From positions 643,314-707,313 of the forward strand of contig JAKMXF010000077.1 of assembly GCA_024704765.1 (NCBI GenBank): a stretch of DNA of 64,000 nucleotides, given 5' to 3'. The notes below the pieces were generated by a model, which searched no databases, had not been told where the DNA came from, and saw only the letters and a program-made list of their open reading frames with translations. The translations under genes were made by a program, and so were the position numbers. This document shows, one piece after another, positions 26,640 to 37,999 of this stretch. The DNA comes from Oopsacas minuta (lineage: Eukaryota; Animalia; Porifera). Within the stretch, counting starts at the first letter, position 1, and each line of letters begins with the position of its first letter.

Positions 26640-27510
26640 CGAGGGATACTCAATAACCTTTGAGCCTAGGTATCAAAAGCATCAATCTATATTTATTTTT
26701 ACTATAATTGTCCAAAATACCATCCCTTAGCTTGAATCACTTGTTCATTCGTTCAAACCAAGCTTGAATAGCTTTTTAAAATTCATTTTCGTTGATGTCT
26801 CCGATCACTTTTCTGAGGCCACCCTCAAGTTCAGAATTCGATTAAAGATTCTGCCTTTAAGGTAATTTTTACTCTAGGAAAGAGCCAGAAGTCGCAGAGT
26901 GCTAGATCTAGAGAATAAGGAGGGGGCGGCAAAATATGTAGTCCTGATTCTTCAATGAATTGTCTTGTCATTTTTGATGTATGAGAACAGGCATTATCGT
27001 GGTGGAAAAAGTTCCCCTTAATCCTGTGCCAGGACGCTGTAAATTTATTGCTTTTATGACTAGAGGCAACCAACTCTCTGTATACCAGGTTGAATTAATT
27101 GTCTTACCAGGTTCAAGAGGTACAACAGTTTTACACCCGTTGTATTAAAAAAATTGCATACATTTGTTTCTTGGTGTACTGAGTTCTGCGATCCTTTGTT
27201 GGAGGACCTTCTCCAATTTCACACTATTGACGGCTCTGTTGCTTTGTTTCTGGATCATAGTGATAGATCCGTGTTTCATCACCAGTTATTATTTTGGAAA
27301 CATCTCTACTGTTTCCATTGTTGAATTTTTTAAGCATTTCACTCGATTCTGCTTCTGCTCAGGATGAAGCTGATGTGGGATCCAACGGGCACAAAGTTTA
27401 CGTAGCTGAAGGGATTGGTGTAAAACGGTGGGCACTGCTCCGGATGAAATACCAATTTCGAGTTGAATCCTCTCATATGTAACATTTGGGTCTGCTATCA
27501 CCATGTCCTC
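26640..27510 (-). mobile_element. mariner element, 5'-truncated
   Basis: 3' terminus ...GAGTATCCCTCGTA at 26638. LRKLCARWIPHQL, ITGDETRIYHYDPETK, FFHHDNACSH, PPYSLDLALCDFWLFP. Confidence 0.85.
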
Positions 27511-27514
27511 AAAT

Positions 27515-29159
27515 GACCCAACATACATAATTGGCGAACAACTTCTGGTTGGTTGCATTGGTGATGTATCCCGAGAAATGTTGGGAGAATCTGCAGTATA
27601 GATAACTGCTCGGGTTCCACTGTCAAGCGACACTGTTGCTAGAAGAGTGATCGATCTTGCTTGCGACATGGAGGAACAGCTGATCGAACAAATAAAATCA
27701 GCCAAATGGTACTCTTTACAGCTTGATGAATCTACTGACGTAGCAAATTTGGCGATTTTGTTGCAATATGTTCCTTTTGAACATTGTGGTGATGTGAAAG
27801 AAGAGTATTTATGTTCGATATTATTACCTACAAATACCATTAGTTCTCAAATTTTTGATGAATTGGATAACTATATCGTTGGTCAATGAGGATTAGATTT
27901 GCAGTTTTGTGTTGGTGTATTTACTGACGGTGCTGCTGCAATGACAGGACGACATTCTGGAGTTGTTACAAAGATTAAAGAAGTAGCACCAGATTGCGAG
28001 CCAACGCACTGTTGTATTCATCGAGAAAACTTAGCAACAAAGAAGATGTCAAAGGAACTCAACGATGTACTATGTCAAGTTGCCAAAGTTGTCAAACATG
28101 TAAAAGCGAACGCTCTGAATTCTCGCTTATTCGCTTCCTTGTGTGATCAGATGGGAGCTGACCATATACAACTGCTCTTGCATGCTGAAGTACGTTGGCT
28201 ATCCAGAGGAAAAGTGTTATCAAGAGTTTTTGAGCTCCGAAACGAACTAACAACATTTCTGCTTGATAAAAAACCCGAATGGGCTGAAAATTTTCAAGAT
28301 GTAAACTGGAATACAAAGCTGACATATCTGTCTGATATATTCTCAATGCTTAATGAGCTAAACAGATCAATGTAAGGTAGGATGGCAATTAATTTTGCAC
28401 CAGCTAACAAGATTGACGGTTTTAAAAGAAAGTTAGCTCATGGCATGGCAACATCGAGTCTCTCGAGATTGTTACGACATGTTTCCAAATTTATCGGAAA
28501 TAATTAATTGTGAAAGTGGACTAGATGCGACTTCTCTAGCGAACATTATCACCGAACAGTTGAAATCACTAGCTGAGAGCTTTGAATTTTACTTCCCAAA
28601 AGAACAAGATCCTAGAGAAGGAAATAGTTGGATCTGTAATCCCTTTTTGCAATTGGAGGAAGAGTTGAATGTTCATTTAGAGGACCTATTATTAGACCTG
28701 GCAGGGGGTCAAGGATTAAAGAATATTTTTTTACAGCGAAATAACACTCGCCGAATTCTGGATAAAGGTTAGACCCGAATATCCAGAACTTAGTGAGTTG
28801 GCCCTGAGAATAATTCTACTTGTTCCATCTACTTACCTTTGTGAGATGGGGTTTTCAACAATGAGATCATCAAAACAATGTATAGGAATTCTCTGGATGT
28901 CAGATCTCCACTACGTGTGGCACTTTCATCAATCGAACCAAGGCTAGATAAGCTGGTCAAATCGAAGCAAGCACACAGTTCTCATTAGTATAATTGATCT
29001 TATAATTATATCACAATATACCTCTTCTACTTAACGCTGATATAATACAATAATAAAAACAAATTATATGCAATAAAAATGAGACCGACAAGCAGGGGTC
29101 CGTGGAATCGTAATGGAGAAACTTTGAGGCCGCGACATAAAAAAGTTTGAGAAGCACTG
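27515..29159 (+). mobile_element. hAT (Buster/ZBED5-like) element, 5'-truncated, decayed
   Basis: YSLQLDESTDVAN, TDGAAAMTG, HCCIHRENLA, LLLHAEVRWLSRGKVLSRVFELR and PSTYLCEMGFS. The 3' terminus AAAGTTTGAGAAGCACTG ends at 29159. Confidence 0.9.
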
Positions 29160-29900
29160 TGTTAGAAGATGATCAAGAGTATGACGATTGGTTGACACAA
29201 GCTGCTTCATGTTCAATTGCATCAGAACTACTTCAACTCTTTGTTACACTACTTATGTTCAACGAAGAAGCTGTCCCATTAGTTTGTGGAATAAACTTAA
29301 GGGGTCTTTTGGCTGAAGACTTTCTTTCAGAACTAGAATTATTCCTCCTAATATTGGATAGGATGACCAAATCAAGAAGAGTGCGTGCTAAGATATTGAG
29401 TACCGACTTGCATAGCAGAGAAAGTCTCTGTCTGACTTTGGAGTGATTTCACTCCCCTCAAATGACAGTAGTCCACATGATCAATCTAAAGTTATTCAAG
29501 ATGAATTAGAGTTTGAAGGGCATCACCAAGTTCTCATTGCAGAGGAGAATATTACTCTACTGAGCCCTGATCAGTATGAATATATAATTGCATGATGGAG
29601 GCAATTAATGATAAGAGTTTTGAACAGAAAGATTTCTTCATTGGTGGACCAGGGGGTGCTGGAAAGAAATTCGTGAAAAAGCATCACACATGTTAAAGTG
29701 CGATCAGAAGGACATATCAGATTAGCTATGGCTTCATCAGTCATAGCAGGCCTCCTGCTTACTGGTTGGAGGACTGTTCATTCTAGATTGAAAATGCTAA
29801 TTCCTTTGAATGACAAATCAGTTGTAACATCCCAAAACAGAGCCCACTAGCAAAACTGATACAAAGCGCGAATCTATTATTCTTGGATGAAGCCCCAAGG
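29160..29900 (+). pseudogene. Helitron-type PIF1 helicase remnant
   Basis: LLQLFVTLL, FFIGGPGGAGKKF (Walker A-like), MASSVIAGLLLTGWRTVHSRLK and LIQSANLLFLDEAP (Walker B). Confidence 0.7.
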
Positions 29901-32109
29901 TACACTGACGTGAAGCTGAGTGTATATTTCGTAGTTTGAGAGATATTTGTTCCTCTGAGCTCGTGTTTGGAGAGATTTCCGGGAGATTCTCCCTGTAATT
30001 TAACAAAGTAACAGAACACCGGTACTATTAACCTGTATCAATAGATGACCACCCTGGCACCATGTAAACGCAATGAAGCTTACTTTTCAAGTAACAATAA
30101 TCAAGGATGTCCTGCTCTAATTATAAGTATGGGAGCGGTATTTCAAATTTCAAATTCAATTAAATATATCCTAATTTCTGATACAAAATTCAAACAATAT
30201 ACCGGTAATTGAATTAATAAGATAAGTATGAATATTATCAAAGGTTTAGTAGTAAATCTGAAAAAAATAGAGTTTTAACAAGTGATTTAGTACCCAAAAT
30301 TATTTAACCAATAATACTTCCAAATTTCTTCTTGTTTATGGGGCTTAGAATATTATATTTCATCATTTTATATATCCTACATTCCAGAACACGTTGCTTA
30401 TAATATAATTATTACTTAAAAGAATCATTTGAAATAGATATTTGTTTACGACTAACGCTAGATTCGGATAAAATAATACATAGTTGATTTAAAATTTCCC
30501 ATTGTTCTTTAAAACAAGTACAATATATTCAGAGCACTATAAACTAAACATTTGCCCTCTCAACTCGACTTAATTATATTTGGAACAAATATCAATTTAT
30601 TTCAAATATTGATTGTATGTTACTTTAGATATCAGGTATACATATTCTCTAACTTGTGAAGTAATTGTGACTTCCCAATTTGATTTGATAAAAAAGTATG
30701 GGAGCGACGCTCCCACCCGCTCCCACAGCAGGACACCACTGATAATAATGCTACAAGTTTCAAGTCCAAAATTTCAAGAGGTTGGTAGGGCCTATATAGA
30801 GTAGGCCGGACTGATATCTATAAAGATTAGACAATTTCAAAGGCAATACCGATATTGGAGCAGTTCATCTTGAGATAATGATATTATAAATGATGATTTG
30901 TTAATTTCAGATTCTCTCAATTTACAATATCGAAATGACAATTGGCATAAAGCTTAATTGGAGGAATACAGAAGGAATATCAGATAAGATTGGAAAATAT
31001 TTCAGGGTGATAAAATAGGCATTCCTGTATAAAACTTCTAAAAATGACACCTAAATAATTTTCTGGTTGTTCTTCTTTTATTAGCCTATTGAATAGAAGA
31101 TTAGAAAGGTTTAGATGTACACATTGGGTTTCTTCTATCGCAACCAATTCAGAACTCTATTGATTAGAAGTGTTTCTCAAAGTGGGCTGTAGAGCCCCCT
31201 GGAGGGCGCTGAAGGGTGTAGGGGGCGCCACGCAGCAAGGGGGCGCTGGGGGAGCGATGTGGGTTATAGAAAGCGAAACAGAGATACGACTTCACGTCAA
31301 AAAAGTGGTATCATATTCCTCATTATTCATTACAATAGGTGCTAACAAATACTTCGATTACCAAAGCCATTTAAGGTGGTAATGCTCTTGGTGATTATCA
31401 ACAACAGCTAATCCTTAAAAATGAATGAAGAATTCTTTTGTTACAATGTCTATGGCTTTCCTAATCGAAATATAATTATCACTGTCCTTCAAACAAATGT
31501 AAAATTCGTGATAATAGGAAATCTGTTTAATTTCAATATAAACACATACGAAGAAATCTAAACCAAAAGGAATTGATAAACTCGATCGAAGAAATGAATA
31601 GTAAAAGAAGTGCACAGTGGCTTAGTAGTAAAGAATTACGAAATTTTTTATAGTAATCCTTTCATTCCTTTATAGTTTCATTGTGTTTCTAAACATTCCA
31701 GTAGCATCCATTCCAATTTTCGAATCATTTGGGAGCCTATTAGTTATGTAAATTTGAATCGAAAGTTTGTGATTTTTGATGGTGAAATTATCGTTTCGGA
31801 GAATTCAAAATATCAAAGATTTTCACATTGATTCTGATTCTTTATAGAATATATTAGGGATCTATTGTTTCATCTATTCTAGACAATTTTGCAAGCTGAT
31901 TTCAAATTTTGTATCAGATATATCCTAAACCGTGTACCCTTCTATGAAGGATTGTTGTACCCAGGGTAAAAAATGGATCCCATTTTTCCATGCATAACAT
32001 TTTGAAAGTGTCTGAAAAGAGATCGTCTAGGAACGTCAAAGCCAAAATAATTCCAGTTGTTGTTTATAAATTATACTATGTTATATGAAGATGACAGGCC
32101 CCGAAACGG

Positions 32110-32167
32110 TGCGCAACTTTCATTTTTTGGTCACATTCCATTGTCCGTAATCGTTGCTATGGAAATT
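32110..32167 (+). promoter_or_regulatory. Putative promoter motifs of element 1 (GCGCAA and RFX X-box-like GTTGCTATGGAAA)
   Basis: GTGCGCAAC at 32109-32117 and CGTTGCTATGG at 32152-32162. The same pair, in the same order, lies upstream of the element 2 ATG. Confidence 0.4.
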
Positions 32168-32329
32168 CCTAAAGTGATATCTGTAACTATGTAATTGAAT
32201 ACCCGTCTAATCCTAATTATTCTTAGAAATTACTGGACGAAATTAAACATATAAAATGTGTGTATATACGTGTAGTTATGTTTTCAATCATACACCTCTA
32301 TTTTCTCCGAAGTAATTTATCCTTGATCA

Positions 32330-34480
32330 ATGGCTGAACCAATTGGTCCGATGACTTCCCCCGAATCCCGTCTCGATTTAGCTAAAATCCTGAAAGCAAA
32401 TGGCAATTGCGTCCAAACAACTCTCTGTCATCTTAGCGATCTCCATGGATTAGACGATGCCAAGCAGGCTAAACTTGAATTGATTCCACGTAGAATACGA
32501 GATATGATTAGAACTTCAAAAAATCACTTGAATCTTTGCATAGAGATTGGTGGCATTCAGAAATTTGCTCAGAATTATTTATAGCTTCACATGCCCTCAA
32601 AAAAACTAAGTCGGTGCGCCAAAAGAAAGAACTTATCAATCTTTCATTGCAACATCAGCGTTCCCGCATCTCTAGTGTCCTTGAGTCTATCAGGTTCATC
32701 TCGGTAATCGAAAAAACTTCTGAAATTGCAATTGCAGCTCTTGCTTTGTAATTGTTGTGCAATGAAAAGACAATCGAGAAGTTGCAAGGGTATCTAAATT
32801 AATTGTGCAGGGAAAATTCTCTGGTCAATTCGGGCGTGCTTCCAAAAGCAAAGAATTGGATGTGGTCAAGAGATTATTTCTTTTGCATCTACTAGAGATT
32901 GGAAAGAGGAAGTATACTCTACTACAACTTTTGTTATCTAATGGAATTCACTTTCCTACATATCAGAGGGTGGCCGATCGTAGAAATAATTTAGTACTAC
33001 GAAGTATGATTCAACTATACCCGAATCCTACAGCCCCAGTTGGTGTGTGTGTGTGTGTGTGCCATACGCTCAATTTGTCTACCATATATTCTGTAGAATT
33101 ATGTCCACTCTACCGTCCCCTTCAAATAAAGATTTTCCTCTCCGATTTCAGATTGCTGATGGCTTAGATGGATCTGGAAAGCATACCGTATATAATTAAC
33201 CGAATACGAATACGTTTACCAAATCGTTCATTCTATTTTGCTTCAAAGCAATACACATTGTTAATTCTGGTGGAAAGGAACTTTGGAAAAACAACTGCCC
33301 GAATTCTCCATTCTCCCAACGTCCAAATTTCCTTCTTGCAGCCACAGAAAATCATGACAATATTCACCTATTTATGAAAGATATCATCAATCCCGAAACA
33401 GATCAAATGAAGGACCAAGGTTTCTATTTTGCGGATGATAAACATATATTTGTCGATGTTGTCCGATCAATGCTTGATGGCAAAATGGCAAGTATTCTTT
33501 CAGGAGCAGGAGGTGCGAGCTGCCAACTATGTACTGCAACGCAGAAAGAACTAAAAGATCGTGATTTAATTTTGCAAGGCTATCCCATCAATAGAAACAT
33601 TTCAGACGCCATCGAATTATTTGGAGAACTGGAAGACATTGATGCTTTCTTTTCATTACCAACGAATCAAAGATTTAACCTGACTCACCAACCATTATCA
33701 ACAATGGATATTCTACCTGCTTCTCCCGTACATTCCTATACGTGCATTTTTAGATGGTTTAATTTACTTGTGTGCCACCTAAATTGTAACAAGCTCACAT
33801 GGTCACCATCATCAAAAGAAATTAAAGACTCTATGATGGATGTGCGAACCATAGTTCATGAAGTAACAGGTCTAAGAATTGACCAAGCAGACCCCAAAGG
33901 AGGTACTACCTCTACTAGTGGTGTGGCCCGAAGAGCTTTTTCAAATGATTCCGAGTATATTGAATGCGCAATGTGTTTGGTTAAGATTGATCATAGGGAT
34001 TCCCTTTGTAAATTTCACACACAATTATCTGTCATTCTAAGAATCATAAATTCAGACAGAAAATCAATACAGAAGAATTGGGTAACCTTTGTACAGACAC
34101 ATATCCCCTTATTCTTCAATCCTTTCCTTGGGTGAACATTACACCGACATTACATAAATTTCCAGGCCATTCTGAAGAAATACTGAGAGAGATGAACTTT
34201 GGGTATGGATTGAAATGCTTTAGCGAAGAAGGATCCGAAGCCTGCAACAAATTTATCAGGAAATATAGGAACATCTTGCAAGGGAAACTTCCTTCAAGGA
34301 TAATGTCATTGATATATTTGTCAGACTTTCATCTGAAAGCGATCTTGTCTTAATGAATATCGATCGACAGTGGTGTGCGAAAAGTGCAGAGAACACGGTC
34401 ATACCTAAAGAGCTAAGGGCTGCAGAGATAATGCAACAGATTATTGGAATCATCTGTTGATAATATCGTTAAGGGCTTTA
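32330..34480 (+). pseudogene. RAG1-core-like (Transib-type) transposase of about 700 aa, disrupted by stops and frameshifts
   Basis: ADGLDGSG (D 33167-69), LWKNNCPNSPFSQRP, SMLDGKM (D 33476-78), ASCQLC, GGTTSTSGVARRAF, ITPTLHKFPGH and FSEEGSEACNKFIRKYR (E 34237-39) parallel RAG1 D600/D708/E962 and the ZnC2/ZnH2 site. Confidence 0.9.
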
Positions 34481-37432
34481 TTATTGATATGATATTGTAA
34501 CAACGTAGTTTGCAGAATGTTAATGAATGAATAATACAACCAAACATCCCCTAGTATCATTGGTTATTGTTTTTGTTCAGAAATTGTTAGAATTGATATA
34601 TATATTAGCAAAAAAGATAGTAATAAATTCAAAAACGCATTTAGAAGTATGAAGTAGAAAAGCAAAAATTATGAAAAAACATGTGTATGATGTCATTTTA
34701 TAAAAATCATGAGTAATTTTGTATTTCTAACAGTTGTAATTGGTTCCATGGATATGATATACTATACCCAAATAATAGAATTTATAGGGCTAAAATTGTT
34801 ATATAAGCAGGTATTAAAGAAAAACAAAATTCAGCATAAAGCTATGACGTCAGAACATGAGATATTGAAACCTTATAAAAATTTTTGATGCACCAAATGA
34901 TTCCTAGCATATAATAACCTATATGCTGATAATACATTGTATATGTCTATTTCAAATGAAAATACCTATTCTTTGCTAACTCCCATTTTAAGCCACTGTG
35001 AAGTGTAGACAGTAGAGTGCTAATTATACCAATTATGGATCTGTTACATCTCCTCACAAAGGACAACTCCCAGTGTGTTTTTTGTGCAAACAAGTTGTTT
35101 CTAATGTAGGAATGAGCCATTAAGAAAGATTGATCATCTGAAATCGCGCCACAGTGATAAGGTAGAGAAAGAGGTGCAACTTCATTAAATTGAGAGACAG
35201 CCACAAAACAATGGGCGGAATCTTTGGAAAAATAGATGGACAAAATATTTATGGTTTGGTTGCCTCCTATAACATTTCGTTACTAATTGCAAAATCTGGC
35301 AAGCCACATACAATTAGTGAAAACTCATTTTACCTGCAATCCAGGAAGCAGCTACAATTGTTATCCATTCAAATGGGCGAAGTATGATTAAGTCCATTCC
35401 GTTAAGCAATGATACTGTGCTAGGAGAATAAATTTGATGGCTAGTGATGTTGAGAAAACCCTATACAGCAAACTTAAAACAACGGGCTTTTCTCTTCAAA
35501 TTGACGAATCCACATTGCCAGGTAACGAAGCACTGCTTCTTGAATATATCCGATATAATCTAGAAGGAATAATGGTTGAAGAAATATTGTTCGCTAGACC
35601 ACTAGTAACTGATACAAAGGTGAATATATCTACAAAGTCGTGGAAAAATTCTCTAAGGAAAAGGAAATTCCCATGAATAATATCATTGCTTGTGCAACAG
35701 ATGGGGCGCCAGCTATGGTTGGTAGGCATCGTGGTTTCATTTCGTACTTGAAAAAGCTGTGCCTGAGGTTTCGCTATTCACTGCGTCGTCCATCGAGAAC
35801 ATTTGGTAGCAAAACATGTAATGGTCGCTTGCACAACTCATTGCATATCGTCATTACTTTTATTTATAAATCAAAGCTTCAGCACTCAAGGAAAGAATAT
35901 TTCGCAAATATATCACAAAACGAAACAGAATTTGAACGTCTGCTTTTGCACACAGAAGTGAGGTGGCTCTCAAAAGGAAAGTGTCTCAGTCGGTTCTACA
36001 GTCTTTCCGACAGCATTTTAGAATTTAGAGGAAGAGAACTCTCAGTTAATGCAGCTTGTCAGTGCAGCGAAATCAGATGTAGCTTACTTGACTGACATTT
36101 TTGGTAAGTTCAACGCAATGAACTTGGAACTACAAGGCAATTTAGTCACTCTGGTCAAGTGCAAAACTGTTGTCAACTCCTTCATAGGGAAACTAACGCT
36201 ATTTAAACAAAATATCGGTTGACGAGAATTTTATCAGTTTCCTCACCTAATAGGACTCCAAATTTCAAATGACGATTCGCTAGCATATTGTAAACACCTT
36301 GAAGTACTGAAAGCGGACATGATCAAGCGATTCACTGACTTGTTGGACTTGAACAGCATCATTGGCTAATTGACCCTTTCTGTGTGGATGTCCCAACAGT
36401 TCCACTCTATTTGCAAGGAGAGCTGATGGACTTGCAAAGTGATTGCGAGGAAATGTTATTTCCTGGTTGAGATAAGATAGTATAATATTCTTCTTTTGCC
36501 ATATCCTACGAACGTTTGGTCTTCTTTCAAAGATTACCCTAGTTTAAACTTAGCGGCCATGAAAGTAAATAGCTGAGAATTTGTTGTTGGATTCCTGAAG
36601 CTGGTTAGACAGGTTCCTTCTTCTTGCAGCTCTAGCTCTACAAAGTTTGCTTAGATCTATAATTTCATAGATTACCCAGAAGAAATGATATTGTAATCTT
36701 GGAGGACTGCATTTGCGATATCGGCTCCTGCCGATACCTTATGATTTCGATCACAAATGTGTATGTTAGTTAAGTAAGATTCGATCCTTAGGGCTTTGTT
36801 TCAGTGATTACATCATATGGTGAAAATAACTTATAAATAATCCTGCATAACTTCAAGTTGTAGAGTAAAGTGATGTACCCTTTTGGATCCGCTCTTTCTT
36901 CTCATTGTATAATTCATCTTTCCTTCAAGTAGTGTTATATATGTCTGGGTGGCTAGAAAATCTAAGAATTCGGTATCCATGTCACTCTCACTACGTTGAT
37001 CCATCATAAAAGATCATGCTACTCCTGGAATTTTCTCTAAAATAACATGAGATCTTTATTGTTTTTAAGAGGCAAAAAGTGGGGAATTGTGAAAAGTATC
37101 AGTTAAGATTTTCACCGCTGCAGCGAATGCTGAATCGATATAGATGTGAAGACATTTGATAAGACTCCCAGAGGTTGAAATTCTAGGGGTTTAAAGCTTT
37201 ATGTCGAAAGAAATAACCGGTATTGTAGATGTAGGCTAGCAAATTCAATAGCATTCAGATCAATTTTTTGTCGTCATTTTGGTGCTTAGACTTAAATTTC
37301 GAGTAGTTTGACATATACATAATTATCATATTCCGAAGGGCTAACTTTCCCTAGAAACGCAAAAATTCCTTAGGGATGTAACAATATTCCATTCTAAAAT
37401 TAGGTTCGAAACCCATCGAGTGATGCTCTAAT

Positions 37433-37580
37433 CAGAGGCGTGTCCAGGGTGAGGCATTGCACACTTAATTTGCTTGTGTCTCCCAAAGATTACATAGAAA
37501 TGTATCACTTGTCAGGCAATGTCGCACCTGTGTCACTACTTTGCCACACCTATGCAGCACCATTTGTGCGATCCTTTCTA
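37433..37580. repeat. Short hAT-like MITE, related copy at 60836-60968
   Basis: Both copies begin CAGAGGCGTG(T/G)CCAGG. The 60836 copy ends CTGGCTACGTCTAG (imperfect TIR). Confidence 0.45.
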
Positions 37581-37999
37581 CGCTTCTGGCTCTAATATAT
37601 CATACGGTGTATATTGTGGTAACTGTTAAAAATTTATGTAAAATAATTGAGAATAATTGTAGAATTTTGTTGTCAATTTCCTACACTAATTATTGCAAGT
37701 TCGCTCGTTTCTAAACAGATACATCATATTCCAATAACTGCGACTATTTTGCAGTAGCTTTCAACTGTATTAAAGTATTACTATCCTTGTTTGTACTAAT
37801 GGAATACGTAGCTAGTTAATAGAAAGTGATGTGTATATATAAATATTGAAACGAACAAACCTTCAAAAATTGACACAAAGCGTAGGAAATAGACAATGTC
37901 TATAATTTTTCAATTATCCTCAATAATCTAGCCTAAATTTTACCATATACCACGATTTACACTGTTATCTTATGGTATATATTGTTCTAGTATCAACAA

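Larger units (their letters stand above)
31613..35000 (+). mobile_element. Complete Transib/RAG1-like DNA transposon (element 1), 3388 bp
   Basis: Perfect 12-bp TIRs CACAGTGGCTTA (31613-31624; 34989-35000), exact 5-bp TSD AAGTG (31608-31612; 35001-35005), single RAG1-core-like coding region. Confidence 0.95.
31168..36450 (+). mobile_element. hAT (Buster/ZBED5-like) element interrupted by the Transib/RAG1-like element; 3'-truncated
   Basis: 5' end AAGTGTTTCTCAAAGTGGG at 31168. Coding restarts at 35001: KCRQ*SANYTNYG..LPVCFLC, FSLQIDESTLPGNEALL, ATDGAPAMVGRHRGF, LLLHTEVRWLSKGKCL. Confidence 0.85.
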
